This document shows, piece after piece, positions 9,644-17,510 of a stretch of 64,000 bases of DNA. The notes below the pieces were generated by a model. The model was not told where the DNA came from. It did no database searches and saw only the letters and a program-made list of their open reading frames with translations. Position 1 is the first letter of the stretch; every line of letters begins with the position of its first letter. A program made the translations under genes and the position numbers. The stretch covers positions 1,181 to 65,180 of IMG/VR virus record IMGVR_UViG_3300036985_001339, one strand, 5' to 3'. This DNA is from a virus. Lineage: Duplodnaviria; Caudoviricetes.

Positions 9644-11803
9644 TTAGAATAAGTCATTCCAAATAGTTCCATTCCAACAACAAAGTTTATTTGTATCATT
9701 GTCAAAAACTATTAAACCTTTACCGCCTGCTCCTGCTGCTGTACCTAATGCGTTTTTTTGAGTTGTTGTCATTCTTGGAGGAAGTAATCCTTGGGTTGTT
9801 GAATCTATTTGAAAAGCAGCTGTCACAATTGGAGTAGTTGTTCCGATTGCAACTTGTCCTCTTAATACTGTTTTTATTATTGATGCATTACCTAAAGTAA
9901 CTGTGTTTGATCCGTTTCCGTTAGCTGTATATCCTATTGCTATTTCATTTATTGCACTATTGGATGAAGCGTTTGAACTCATGCCAATGTAAACATTGTT
10001 TGTTCCGGTTGTAAGTATTGTACCAGCAAAAGAACCAATACCAGTATTACTTCCTCCTGTTGTGCAACTAAGCAGTGCTGATTTTCCAACAGCTGCATTG
10101 TAAGTAGCTGTTGAATTAGTTTTTAATGCCTCATGTCCTATAGCAGTATTATCGCCTGCTGTATTAGCATATAAAGCAAATTGTCCTATAGCTACATTTT
10201 GACTTGCGCTTACATTGTTAAATAAACTACTTTGTCCTACTGCTGTATTACTAATTCCTGTTGTATTAAATGGCATTGAGTTATTACCAATAGCCACGTT
10301 AGATCCTCCGGTAGTATTGGCATTAAGAGCGCCAGTGCCTAATACTGTGTTAAGCACACCTGTTCCAGGGCCAACCCCTACAGTTACTCCTTTTACTAAC
10401 AGATCTTTATTAAACGTTTTTACTCCTTCAAAGGTTTGCGCAACTATATCCATAACACCAGGCGTAGTGCTATTTGCTGGAGCCAATCTTAATTGACCAG
10501 CAGATATTGTTGCTCCATTAGCGGTAGCAGTTGTTAAAGCACCTACCGTTAAAATTGAATTATTCACCGCGGTTGTTACAAACTGAGTTGTGGCTAATTG
10601 CAAGTTACTAGTTCCGGGAGCAGCAGTTAGAGATTGAGGGATAGAATTAAAGTTTTTAACTCCACCTATTGTCTGTGTTGTTGCGTTTATAAATCCTCTA
10701 CCACTTGCTGAAGCATCCGGTATATTGAATGTGTGTGTAGAACCAGATGATACTATATTAAAGTTAGTACCACTTGTTCCAACTGCGAAAAGTTGATTTA
10801 AAGTGCTTAATGCATTTAATGACGTTATACCTCCATTAATACCAGCAGCACCAGTTGCTCCGGTTGCTCCGGTTGGACCTATTGGACCAGTAGGACCGGT
10901 TATTCCATTTGGACCAGTTACTCCAGTTAAACCTTGTGGACCAGTAGCTCCGGTTGGACCTACTTGACCTTGAGCTCCTTGAGAAGCTAACAACGCCCAG
11001 TGAGTTGTATCTGTTGGTGGCGGTATTAAACCACTAGTAGCTAATATACAAAAATAAGAAGCACCAAGGTAAGCAACTGCATCATCTGCAACATAAGAAT
11101 TACCTAATGTCCAAAGTCCTTGCCAGTTTAATCCTGCTGGACCGACTGGACCTAAAGCACCTTGCGAACCTGTAGCGCCATTTGGACCTGTTGCGCCTGT
11201 TGGTCCTGTTGGACCTACACTTCCAGATGCACCCGTTGGTCCTGTTGGACCTGCTAAACCAGGAATTCCAGTATTACCTTGTGAACCTGTTAAACCTATA
11301 GGACCTTGCGAACCTGTAGCACCAGTCAAACCTGTCGGACCTGTTGCGCCTATTGGACCTTGTGGACCAGTTGATCCTTGCGAAGCAAGTAAAGCCCAAT
11401 GTGCTGAATCTCCAGGAGGAGGAGTAGTTCCGTTTGTACCTAATATACAAAACCAAGAAGCTCCACCATAACCAACAGCATCGTCTATAACGTAAGTAGT
11501 TCCACCTAACCAAGAACCTTGCCAGTTTAAACCAGCAGGACCTACAGGTCCAGGTACTCCTTGTTCTCCAGCAGGACCAGTTGCGCCACCAATACCAGTT
11601 GGTCCTATTGGACCATCAGCACCGGTTGGGCCAGCAGGACCTTGTGGACCATCGGGTCCAGGTGGTAAAGATTCTACAGCAAGATCTATTACCTCTTGTA
11701 AAGAGAATAGTTTTGTTGGTGCATTATCTGTATTGTTCTGTGTACCTAAAACGTGATCGTTTAAAGTAGGTGTTACTATTGGGTAACTATTTATTATTGC
11801 CAT
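9644..11803 (-). CDS. Collagen-like tail fibre/spike
   Basis: Gly-X-Y repeats, duplicated Trp-rich module, N.A.G..AL beta-helix repeats. Confidence 0.85.
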   Translation of the reverse strand: MAIINSYPIVTPTLNDHVLGTQNNTDNAPTKLFSLQEVIDLAVESLPPGPDGPQGPAGPTGADGPIGPTGIGGATGPAGEQGVPGPVGPAGLNWQGSWLGGTTYVIDDAVGYGGASWFCILGTNGTTPPPGDSAHWALLASQGSTGPQGPIGATGPTGLTGATGSQGPIGLTGSQGNTGIPGLAGPTGPTGASGSVGPTGPTGATGPNGATGSQGALGPVGPAGLNWQGLWTLGNSYVADDAVAYLGASYFCILATSGLIPPPTDTTHWALLASQGAQGQVGPTGATGPQGLTGVTGPNGITGPTGPIGPTGATGATGAAGINGGITSLNALSTLNQLFAVGTSGTNFNIVSSGSTHTFNIPDASASGRGFINATTQTIGGVKNFNSIPQSLTAAPGTSNLQLATTQFVTTAVNNSILTVGALTTATANGATISAGQLRLAPANSTTPGVMDIVAQTFEGVKTFNKDLLVKGVTVGVGPGTGVLNTVLGTGALNANTTGGSNVAIGNNSMPFNTTGISNTAVGQSSLFNNVSASQNVAIGQFALYANTAGDNTAIGHEALKTNSTATYNAAVGKSALLSCTTGGSNTGIGSFAGTILTTGTNNVYIGMSSNASSNSAINEIAIGYTANGNGSNTVTLGNASIIKTVLRGQVAIGTTTPIVTAAFQIDSTTQGLLPPRMTTTQKNALGTAAGAGGKGLIVFDNDTNKLCCWNGTIWNDLF

Positions 11804-11816
11804 TTATTTATATATG

Positions 11817-12137
11817 TTAACAGTTCCACTTGTCTAATGCAAGTTTTTTTCTTGTTGGTTCTCCATTTGGTTTCTTCATTGGACCTGGCATACCAGACAT
11901 TCTAGCACAGAAAGATTTACGTCTTGCTGCATCTTTACTACCAGGCTTTAATTCCGATGGTTTTTTAGTTACTGCTGTTTGCAGTTTACTACCTGGGTTT
12001 TCTTTTCTATAACTTGCAACACCTTTAGCGTTTAATCCACCAGTCGCAGATTTACCTTCTTTACGTGTCCAAGCAGCTGTTTTCATTAGCGGTGATTTGC
12101 AACTAGCACATCTACCGCAAGTACATTTAGCTTTCAT
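11817..12137 (-). CDS. DUF6321-like basic phage protein
   Basis: AWTRKEGK..GGLNAKG and RRKSFCARM. Confidence 0.7.
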   Translation of the reverse strand: MKAKCTCGRCASCKSPLMKTAAWTRKEGKSATGGLNAKGVASYRKENPGSKLQTAVTKKPSELKPGSKDAARRKSFCARMSGMPGPMKKPNGEPTRKKLALDKWNC

Positions 12138-12772
12138 TAGTTATAAACTCTTATTTCTATTGGTTGATGATATAAATACGAATCAACATTAGCTCCATCA
12201 ACATCTCTTGCTGTAATATTTATTGCTGGCATTACTCCACCATCATCAAATTGAGCAGTAAGATATGAATAATAATTAGCATATGTAAAAGTATATGTCG
12301 TTTTAGCTGTATCAAATTGGTTTTCATTATATATATAATAACTCCCAACACCATAATAACTAAACCATATATTCCCAATAGTGTTCTCTAGTACAGTTGC
12401 TACTGGAGCTCCTGTGTTGTATAATAACGCCGCTCCATATTCAAAACTATTAGCAATAGTTCCAGTGGCAATAAATGAAACGCCATTAGCATTATACGGA
12501 GCTCCAACATTAGTAAAATCATCTCCATCCGCATATCCGTCTATAGTGTAGGTAGTTCCAATTACCAATGGGTTACCACTAAGGTTTGATGGATCATCTC
12601 CGCCACTCTGTGTTAATAAAGCAGTGAATACTTGATAAGGACGAACTGTATTTGTAACATCCTCCATTGTGTACCATTTAGTCATTGCCTGCATTGCAGC
12701 GCTACCACCATACACTGTGTTAGTACTATTACTAACCATAAATACTTTTTCGTTACTTGGAATTATTGCCAT
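12137..12772 (-). CDS. Putative structural protein
   Basis: ALLTQSG, VLENTIG and IEIRVY pattern; late operon. Confidence 0.6.
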   Translation of the reverse strand: MAIIPSNEKVFMVSNSTNTVYGGSAAMQAMTKWYTMEDVTNTVRPYQVFTALLTQSGGDDPSNLSGNPLVIGTTYTIDGYADGDDFTNVGAPYNANGVSFIATGTIANSFEYGAALLYNTGAPVATVLENTIGNIWFSYYGVGSYYIYNENQFDTAKTTYTFTYANYYSYLTAQFDDGGVMPAINITARDVDGANVDSYLYHQPIEIRVYN

Positions 12773-12793
12773 GTTTTTATTTTTTTTGTTTTA

Positions 12794-13132
12794 TTATGAA
12801 CTTTTATCTATCTTGTAATTTTTACCTTTCTCCCCTTTTGTACCATTCCCATCATTACCTCTGTTCTGACTAGCATCTTCCCATCTACCATCTTCATGGT
12901 CCCAATCTTTGCCTTTACCTTTAGGGTCATGACGATGTCTTCTTTGGCTATCCGCTTTTTTATTTCTCCTATCGTCAGTTTTAGCATAAGCAAGATCTCT
13001 CGCTGCTTTAGCCTTCGCTGCCTTAGGAGACAGTTTTTGCTTCATCAACGGAGATTCGTCTCTAACACCGTCTTCGTCGTATACGTATTTTATTTGCGCT
13101 ATAGGTGATTGACTTTTTAATCTAAATGCCAT
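12794..13132 (-). CDS. Basic protein with degenerate HNH-like C-terminus
   Basis: DWDH...NRG; first gene after a class-2 promoter. Confidence 0.55.
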   Translation of the reverse strand: MAFRLKSQSPIAQIKYVYDEDGVRDESPLMKQKLSPKAAKAKAARDLAYAKTDDRRNKKADSQRRHRHDPKGKGKDWDHEDGRWEDASQNRGNDGNGTKGEKGKNYKIDKSS

Positions 13133-13151
13133 TGTAACTAGTTTATGTATA

Positions 13152-13184
13152 CTCTTTTAATCACATAGAAATTATTAAATTTAC
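13152..13184 (-). promoter_or_regulatory. Class-2 promoter GTAAA-N15-GTGATTAAAAGAG
   Basis: Shares AAATGTAAATTTA with the copy at 25192; heads the left late operon. Confidence 0.6.
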
Positions 13185-13195
13185 ATTTTAGTTAG

Positions 13196-13289
13196 TGTAT
13201 AATATATTGTACGTTAGATGTCATTTATATGCTTAATGTATCATATATTGTACATTATCAGTTCTTTTGTGTATTATATAACACGTTGT
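13196..13289. repeat. Three imperfect ~21-bp direct repeats (TGTATNATATAWYGTACRTT-like)
   Basis: Copies near 13196, 13237 and 13270. Confidence 0.45.
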
Positions 13290-13501
13290 TGTAAAAAAAA
13301 ATACTATAAAAAATTTTTTTGAGGTTGGGTGTTTATGTGAGATGTAGGGAGATTTTGTGTTACTACGCTATTTCTAACTTGAAATTTGAATTCGGAAACG
13401 CTTTTTAGTTTGGCGGGTTCCCCAACTTCTGAGGTTCCTAGGTTCTGCGATGAGTCGTATCGTGTCGATCGTATAAAGGGATTGAGCTTTTACCTTTCAG
13501 T

Positions 13502-13511
13502 ATGTATAGCA
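13502..13511 (-). repeat. TGCTATACAT site beside the promoter of paralog 1
   Basis: One of 12 TGCTATACAY copies. Confidence 0.6.
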
Positions 13512-13516
13512 TCCAC

Positions 13517-13554
13517 CACGGAGTTACTCTATTGCTTATCAGATAATATATATG
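13517..13554 (+). promoter_or_regulatory. Class-1 early promoter CACGGAGTT-N15-AGATAATATATATG
   Basis: 8 copies with invariant 15-nt spacing, all upstream of plus-strand ORFs. Confidence 0.7.
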
Positions 13555-13592
13555 AAAGCAATTAAGCTATCAATCTAATAAATAAATAAACT

Positions 13593-13859
13593 ATGCCAAA
13601 CACAGCAGCAGTTGCAGCAGCAACACCAACAGTAGCATTGACTACAAAAAGATTCGTTATCAGAAAGAGTTTGATCGGCACTAACACAGTGATCTCATTC
13701 ACCAACAACAAGCAAGTAGTGTGTACCTACAATCATGACAAGGTATACAATCAGTTGAAGACTAAGTTTGATCTTATGCCTTGCTTCGCTAAGTATGGGT
13801 CTTACACTAACACTAACAACCTACCTGCATTCGTAAGAGCGTTAACAGAGTTAGTATAG
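13593..13859 (+). CDS. Triplicated early protein, copy 1
   Basis: 72-aa core TTKRFVIRKSLIG...LPAFVR shared with two other ORFs. Confidence 0.9.
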   Translation: MPNTAAVAAATPTVALTTKRFVIRKSLIGTNTVISFTNNKQVVCTYNHDKVYNQLKTKFDLMPCFAKYGSYTNTNNLPAFVRALTELV

Positions 13860-13864
13860 TCAAT

Positions 13865-13892
13865 CGATCTAAGCATATCGTTAAACTGCTTA
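13865..13892 (+). ncRNA. Putative H-type pseudoknot, copy 1
   Basis: CGAT/ATCG and TAAGCA/TGCTTA stems; covarying second copy at 14404. Confidence 0.55.
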
Positions 13893-13918
13893 CTTTATCT
13901 AATCTAATCTTATCTATC

Positions 13919-14023
13919 ATGAAATACGTATCATCATTCTTTAGTCAAGCGAAGCCACAGATATTGCTAGCTTTATACATCGGTCTTTACTTCGTAATAC
14001 GATCTGTTGTATCTTACATCTAA
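13919..14023 (+). CDS. 34-aa membrane peptide (MKYVSSFF...), not in ORF track
   Basis: Translated by hand; one TM segment; ends before a terminator. Confidence 0.55.
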   Translation: MKYVSSFFSQAKPQILLALYIGLYFVIRSVVSYI

Positions 14024-14041
14024 TCTATCTATTGTTTAATC

Positions 14042-14065
14042 AAGGACCTTCGGGTCCTTTTTTTT
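14042..14065 (+). terminator. Intrinsic terminator
   Basis: AAGGACC-TTCG-GGTCCTT plus T-run. Confidence 0.9.
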
Positions 14066-14074
14066 AGCTTAAAC

Positions 14075-14084
14075 ATGTATAGCA
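14075..14084 (-). repeat. TGCTATACAT site beside the promoter of paralog 2
   Basis: Exact motif copy. Confidence 0.6.
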
Positions 14085-14086
14085 CA

Positions 14087-14124
14087 CACGGACTTACAAG
14101 TTTTTATAAAAGATAATATATTTG
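14087..14124 (+). promoter_or_regulatory. Class-1 promoter CACGGACTT-N15-AGATAATATATTTG
   Basis: Contains the Bacteroidota -7 element TAnnTTTG. Confidence 0.75.
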
Positions 14125-14163
14125 AAGATTAATAATAATCTTTATAATTTAATATTTAATACT

Positions 14164-14397
14164 ATGCAAAATTCAATCACCACAAAAAGGTTTGTTATCA
14201 GAAAAAGTCTAATTGGTACAAACACAGTAATTAGTTTTACTAACAACAAAAATGAGTTGATGACTTATGACCATGACAAAGTCTATAACCAACTAAAAAC
14301 AAAGTTTGACTTAATGCCTTGTTTTGCTAAATATGGTAGTTATACTAATACTAATAATCTACCAGTATTTGTTAGAACATTGAAAGAGTTAGTTTAA
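14164..14397 (+). CDS. Triplicated early protein, copy 2 (start MQNS)
   Basis: 64/72 core identity to copy 1; ATG at 14164 lies downstream of the promoter. Confidence 0.9.
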   Translation: MQNSITTKRFVIRKSLIGTNTVISFTNNKNELMTYDHDKVYNQLKTKFDLMPCFAKYGSYTNTNNLPVFVRTLKELV

Positions 14398-14403
14398 TCA
14401 AAT

Positions 14404-14430
14404 GACCTAAGCAAGTCTTAAAACTGCTTA
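14404..14430 (+). ncRNA. Putative H-type pseudoknot, copy 2
   Basis: GAC/GTC and TAAGCA/TGCTTA stems. Confidence 0.55.
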
Positions 14431-14455
14431 TTATATTAATCTTAAATCAAATCAC

Positions 14456-14629
14456 ATGAAGTTAGTTAAAACAGTAAGTAAAGAGTCAGGGACAGTGTAC
14501 ACAGAATACACAGATGGTAGTAATACATTTATCTATGAAGATGATGTGTTGGTAGGAGTTGAAACACTAAGTTTCACTGCAACAATAAGTAATTCAGACA
14601 ACAGTTTAGTTGAGTTTGTAGAATTATAA
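14456..14629 (+). CDS. 57-aa acidic protein (MKLVKTVSKE...), not in ORF track
   Basis: Translated by hand; lies between the pseudoknot and a terminator. Confidence 0.65.
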   Translation: MKLVKTVSKESGTVYTEYTDGSNTFIYEDDVLVGVETLSFTATISNSDNSLVEFVEL

Positions 14630-14646
14630 TAACATAGTAACTAAAT

Positions 14647-14668
14647 AACCCTCAGAAATGGGGGTTTT
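14647..14668 (+). terminator. Intrinsic terminator
   Basis: AACCCTCA-GAAA-TGGGGGTT plus T. Confidence 0.75.
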
Positions 14669-14672
14669 ACTA

Positions 14673-14710
14673 CACAGACTTATAAAGACACAAGTCAGAT
14701 AATATCTTTG
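14673..14710 (+). promoter_or_regulatory. Class-1 promoter variant CACAGACTT-N15-AGATAATATCTTTG
   Basis: 15-nt spacing; TAnnTTTG. Confidence 0.7.
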
Positions 14711-14738
14711 AAATTAATAATAACTTAAATCAATCATT

Positions 14739-14915
14739 ATGAGTATTTACACAGAAGAGAACATTGTAACATTAGACAACAAACAGTATGAAAAACTATT
14801 TAATCATCCCTATGATGAGAAGTATAGAATTATCTTTAGTGATGAAGATTATGATTACATCGAAGATGAGCGTATGATCGCTATATTAGATGAAGAATAT
14901 TATAAGTTAGTGTAA
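14739..14915 (+). CDS. 58-aa acidic Tyr-rich protein (MSIYTEEN...), not in ORF track
   Basis: Translated by hand; has its own promoter and terminator. Confidence 0.7.
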   Translation: MSIYTEENIVTLDNKQYEKLFNHPYDEKYRIIFSDEDYDYIEDERMIAILDEEYYKLV

Positions 14916-14927
14916 CATATCTAATCT

Positions 14928-14950
14928 AAGACCCTCGAAAGAGGGTTTTT
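14928..14950 (+). terminator. Intrinsic terminator
   Basis: ACCCTC-GAAA-GAGGGT plus T-run. Confidence 0.85.
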
Positions 14951-15028
14951 ACTCTACTTAATTGTGGAATTGGCAGGCAGAGGTGTGCGTAGTCGCTAAT
15001 GAAGGAATATAACTGGTAATACCATAGT

Positions 15029-15038
15029 ATGTATAGCA
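15029..15038 (-). repeat. TGCTATACAT site beside the promoter of paralog 3
   Basis: Exact motif copy. Confidence 0.6.
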
Positions 15039-15041
15039 CTT

Positions 15042-15079
15042 CACGGACTTACGACGTTTAATATTTGATAATATATTCG
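15042..15079 (+). promoter_or_regulatory. Class-1 promoter CACGGACTT-N15-TGATAATATATTCG
   Basis: 15-nt spacing. Confidence 0.7.
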
Positions 15080-15118
15080 AAGATTAATAATAATCTTTAT
15101 AATTTTAATTAATAAACT

Positions 15119-15415
15119 ATGCCAGTAAAAACTTCAAAAGCGGTTGTAGCAGCGATAGCAGCTCCCGCAGTAGTAACAACTACAAAAAATGCTTTAACGA
15201 CTAAACGCTTCGTTATTCGCAAGTCATTAATAGGCACTAACACAGTAATTAGTTTTACTAATGTTAAGCAAATACTATGTACTTACGACCACGACTTAGT
15301 TTATAACGCTTTAAAAGCTAAATTTGACCTTATGCCTTGCTTTGAAAAGTATGGTAGTTATACTAATACTAATAATTTACCCGCTTTCGTTAGAGCGTTA
15401 CCAACTTTAGTATAA
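15119..15415 (+). CDS. Triplicated early protein, copy 3
   Basis: 62/72 core identity to copy 1. Confidence 0.9.
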   Translation: MPVKTSKAVVAAIAAPAVVTTTKNALTTKRFVIRKSLIGTNTVISFTNVKQILCTYDHDLVYNALKAKFDLMPCFEKYGSYTNTNNLPAFVRALPTLV

Positions 15416-15426
15416 TTAATTAAATA

Positions 15427-15452
15427 AGTCGCCTTCGGGCGGCTTTTTTTTT
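15427..15452 (+). terminator. Intrinsic terminator
   Basis: AGTCGCC-TTCG-GGCGGCT plus T-run. Confidence 0.9.
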
Positions 15453-15454
15453 AT

Positions 15455-15637
15455 TTATAATGAGTGCCTGTGCACTGTTCTTCTGTGTACATTTAGCAAT
15501 AAAGCTATTGAAGTAACAGAATTAAATGGAAATAACGCTCTTAATTTAGTGACTTTCTCTTTAGTAGTGATTGACTTGTCTTTACTTATTTCAGTAGCAA
15601 TAATCCAATCTTCAATTGACCATTTAGATGTTCTCAT
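15455..15637 (-). CDS. Small HTH protein
   Basis: SVTSIALLLNVHRRTVHRH HTH pattern; has its own class-2 promoter. Confidence 0.65.
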   Translation of the reverse strand: MRTSKWSIEDWIIATEISKDKSITTKEKVTKLRALFPFNSVTSIALLLNVHRRTVHRHSL

Positions 15638-15660
15638 TTTATAATTATTTATAGTTATAT

Positions 15661-15692
15661 CTATATAATCACAGGTTGTCTCACTTATTTAC
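15661..15692 (-). promoter_or_regulatory. Class-2 promoter GTAAA-N15-GTGATTATATAG
   Basis: Full match; upstream of the HTH gene. Confidence 0.6.
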
Positions 15693-15703
15693 AAGTTAAA
15701 CAG

Positions 15704-15750
15704 TATGACAATAGCCCCTTACTCTTCTTACTTAATACCCTAATGTCATA
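15704..15750. promoter_or_regulatory. Split inverted repeat TATGACAATAG-N25-CTAATGTCATA (operator or ori candidate)
   Basis: Same half-sites recur at 23539-23584. Confidence 0.5.
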
Positions 15751-15792
15751 GTTTACATTTTAGTTTCTTTTTAGTGTTTTTGCTATACACTT

Positions 15793-15830
15793 CACGGACT
15801 TTTTTAAATTTACTACAGATAATATGTTTG
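15793..15830 (+). promoter_or_regulatory. Class-1 promoter CACGGACTT-N15-AGATAATATGTTTG
   Basis: 15-nt spacing; preceded by TGCTATACAC at 15781. Confidence 0.75.
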
Positions 15831-15933
15831 AAATTAATAATTAACAGTGTAAAAACTGTTATAAAGAGCAGAGAGAGTCTGTAATACACCTCTCGTAGTA
15901 TTTTAACTAATAAACATTTTAACACCTTAAACT

Positions 15934-16179
15934 ATGCAAGAATTAATCGAGAACATCCAATCTATTGAAGGTTTACTAGAGTTTAATATCGAGCCAGGTT
16001 ACTGGCAAGATGAAGACGGTAACGAAGTTCAAGTAAACTTGATAATACTCCATCATTTATTTAGTTCCTTTGAAGATGAAACTTACTTAGAACTAATGAG
16101 TCTATTTCCTGAGAATACTGATGAGTATGAAGATGAGGAAGGATACTATGTTTCAACCTTCATAGATTATAAGGTTTAA
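15934..16179 (+). CDS. Highly acidic early protein
   Basis: 81 aa, Glu/Asp-rich. Confidence 0.7.
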   Translation: MQELIENIQSIEGLLEFNIEPGYWQDEDGNEVQVNLIILHHLFSSFEDETYLELMSLFPENTDEYEDEEGYYVSTFIDYKV

Positions 16180-16184
16180 AACCC

Positions 16185-16222
16185 TCCGGACTTACAAATA
16201 TAATAGTCAGATAATATACGTG
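16185..16222 (+). promoter_or_regulatory. Class-1 promoter TCCGGACTT-N15-AGATAATATACGTG
   Basis: 15-nt spacing. Confidence 0.7.
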
Positions 16223-16260
16223 AAATAAATAATTAATTTAACCTTTAACACCTAATTCCT

Positions 16261-16467
16261 ATGTCAAACAAAGTATCAAGTTACAAGCGCAGAGAGTCTA
16301 CAATCTGGTTAAACAAAGTAGAATACACTGGTTTTTTAATTGGTTCATTACCGTCAAGGTTTGCCTACATCTACGATGAAGACGAAGAACGAGATGGAAT
16401 ATCAAGTTGGTTTAACTTCAGAGGTTTAACCTACATAGCCAAAAGAGACTTACAAACTGGTTGGTAA
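16261..16467 (+). CDS. Hypothetical early protein
   Basis: Directly after a promoter. Confidence 0.7.
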   Translation: MSNKVSSYKRRESTIWLNKVEYTGFLIGSLPSRFAYIYDEDEERDGISSWFNFRGLTYIAKRDLQTGW

Positions 16468-16468
16468 T

Positions 16469-16660
16469 ATGAGTTGTGGTTTTAATAGTGATGCTATCGA
16501 TGGTTTCAAAGCTTTCATCCTCTGTGGTGGAAGCAGAGACCAGGTAGTTCGCGAGATGTCTGAGTATATTTATACACAGTGTACTTGGGATTCCAATTGG
16601 GAAAGACACGAGTTATTAGAAAAATTAATCAAAATAGTATATAATGAAGAAATACAGTAA
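16469..16660 (+). CDS. Hypothetical early protein
   Basis: Coupled to the previous ORF. Confidence 0.6.
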   Translation: MSCGFNSDAIDGFKAFILCGGSRDQVVREMSEYIYTQCTWDSNWERHELLEKLIKIVYNEEIQ

Positions 16661-16745
16661 GATTGCTAGTATAATATTATTAAAGTTCAAAGTTGGATTT
16701 ATTAACCTTGCTATTGGCGCAGGTCAGGCATTAAGAAGCTAAAAT

Positions 16746-16994
16746 ATGGAAGCAGCAGCACAATTAGCTCATGACTACATGAAGCAAGTTAAACAAAATA
16801 GAGTGGATGAGCATAGGCATCTGCACTCACACGAGAGACGCTGTGGCGGACTTACGTACTCTGAATGGAAGTTGCCCGTTAGGCAGAAGACAACGTTTAG
16901 TAAGGGTAAGAAGTTCGCTAGCACTCGACTGTGGAGTTACAAGTCTGTGCCAACAGAAGACGGGTTTAAATCATTAACTATTAAAACTATATAA
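16746..16994 (+). CDS. Hypothetical early protein
   Basis: In operon. Confidence 0.6.
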   Translation: MEAAAQLAHDYMKQVKQNRVDEHRHLHSHERRCGGLTYSEWKLPVRQKTTFSKGKKFASTRLWSYKSVPTEDGFKSLTIKTI

Positions 16995-16996
16995 TC

Positions 16997-17506
16997 ATGA
17001 GTAAATTAAGAGTGGCACAAGTGCCTAAAGAATTCAGAAATCAGATGTTCTCTAATATGGTTACCATAAGAGGTAGAGAGGGAACACTAGAAGCATGCGA
17101 GAATAACATTACATTATCTGAAGCTTTTCCGTGGCTATTAACGCCTGAAGGTCATAAATTCTGGGAAGATATAAGTAATGGTAAAACTCCTAAACCAGTT
17201 GGCGTTAGTGCGGTTGGTGAAACATTAGAACAAGTGGTACAAGAAGCAGAACGAAGAGGATTCGCTAACGGTGTACATACTAAATGGGGTCAAATCAAAG
17301 AACGATTCAATGGTAATTCTGCAATTCAAGAACATGAGTTACAAGATGATGGTACGTTCTATTACAGAAACATTAAGGTTCGTAAAGCAAATGGTAAATG
17401 GATTAAACCTTTATCCGCTGCTGAGTCTGATGGTGGGACTGAGGTCGATGTAGATGCTATACACGCTTTTCTTAAGAAATTAGTTGAGAAAATTCATTTG
17501 AATTAA
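16997..17506 (+). CDS. Hypothetical early protein
   Basis: 169 aa; F.W..TPEGH.FW motif. Confidence 0.7.
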   Translation: MSKLRVAQVPKEFRNQMFSNMVTIRGREGTLEACENNITLSEAFPWLLTPEGHKFWEDISNGKTPKPVGVSAVGETLEQVVQEAERRGFANGVHTKWGQIKERFNGNSAIQEHELQDDGTFYYRNIKVRKANGKWIKPLSAAESDGGTEVDVDAIHAFLKKLVEKIHLN

Positions 17507-17510
17507 AGAT

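Noticed and set aside
7058-11803. Diversity-generating retroelement acting on the fibres
   Set aside because: No reverse transcriptase and no template/variable repeat pair differing at adenines
14122-14163. TTG-start N-terminal extensions of 14122..14397 and 17697..17897
   Set aside because: They overlap the promoter or the tRNA-like element; ATGs at 14164 and 17724 fit better
13857-14430. Stop-codon readthrough or frameshift driven by the pseudoknots
   Set aside because: Readthrough hits new stops after 15 and 7 codons, and there is no XXXYYYZ slippery site
16845-16880. GCGGACTT as a ninth class-1 promoter
   Set aside because: No AGATAAT 15 nt downstream, and it lies inside a CDS
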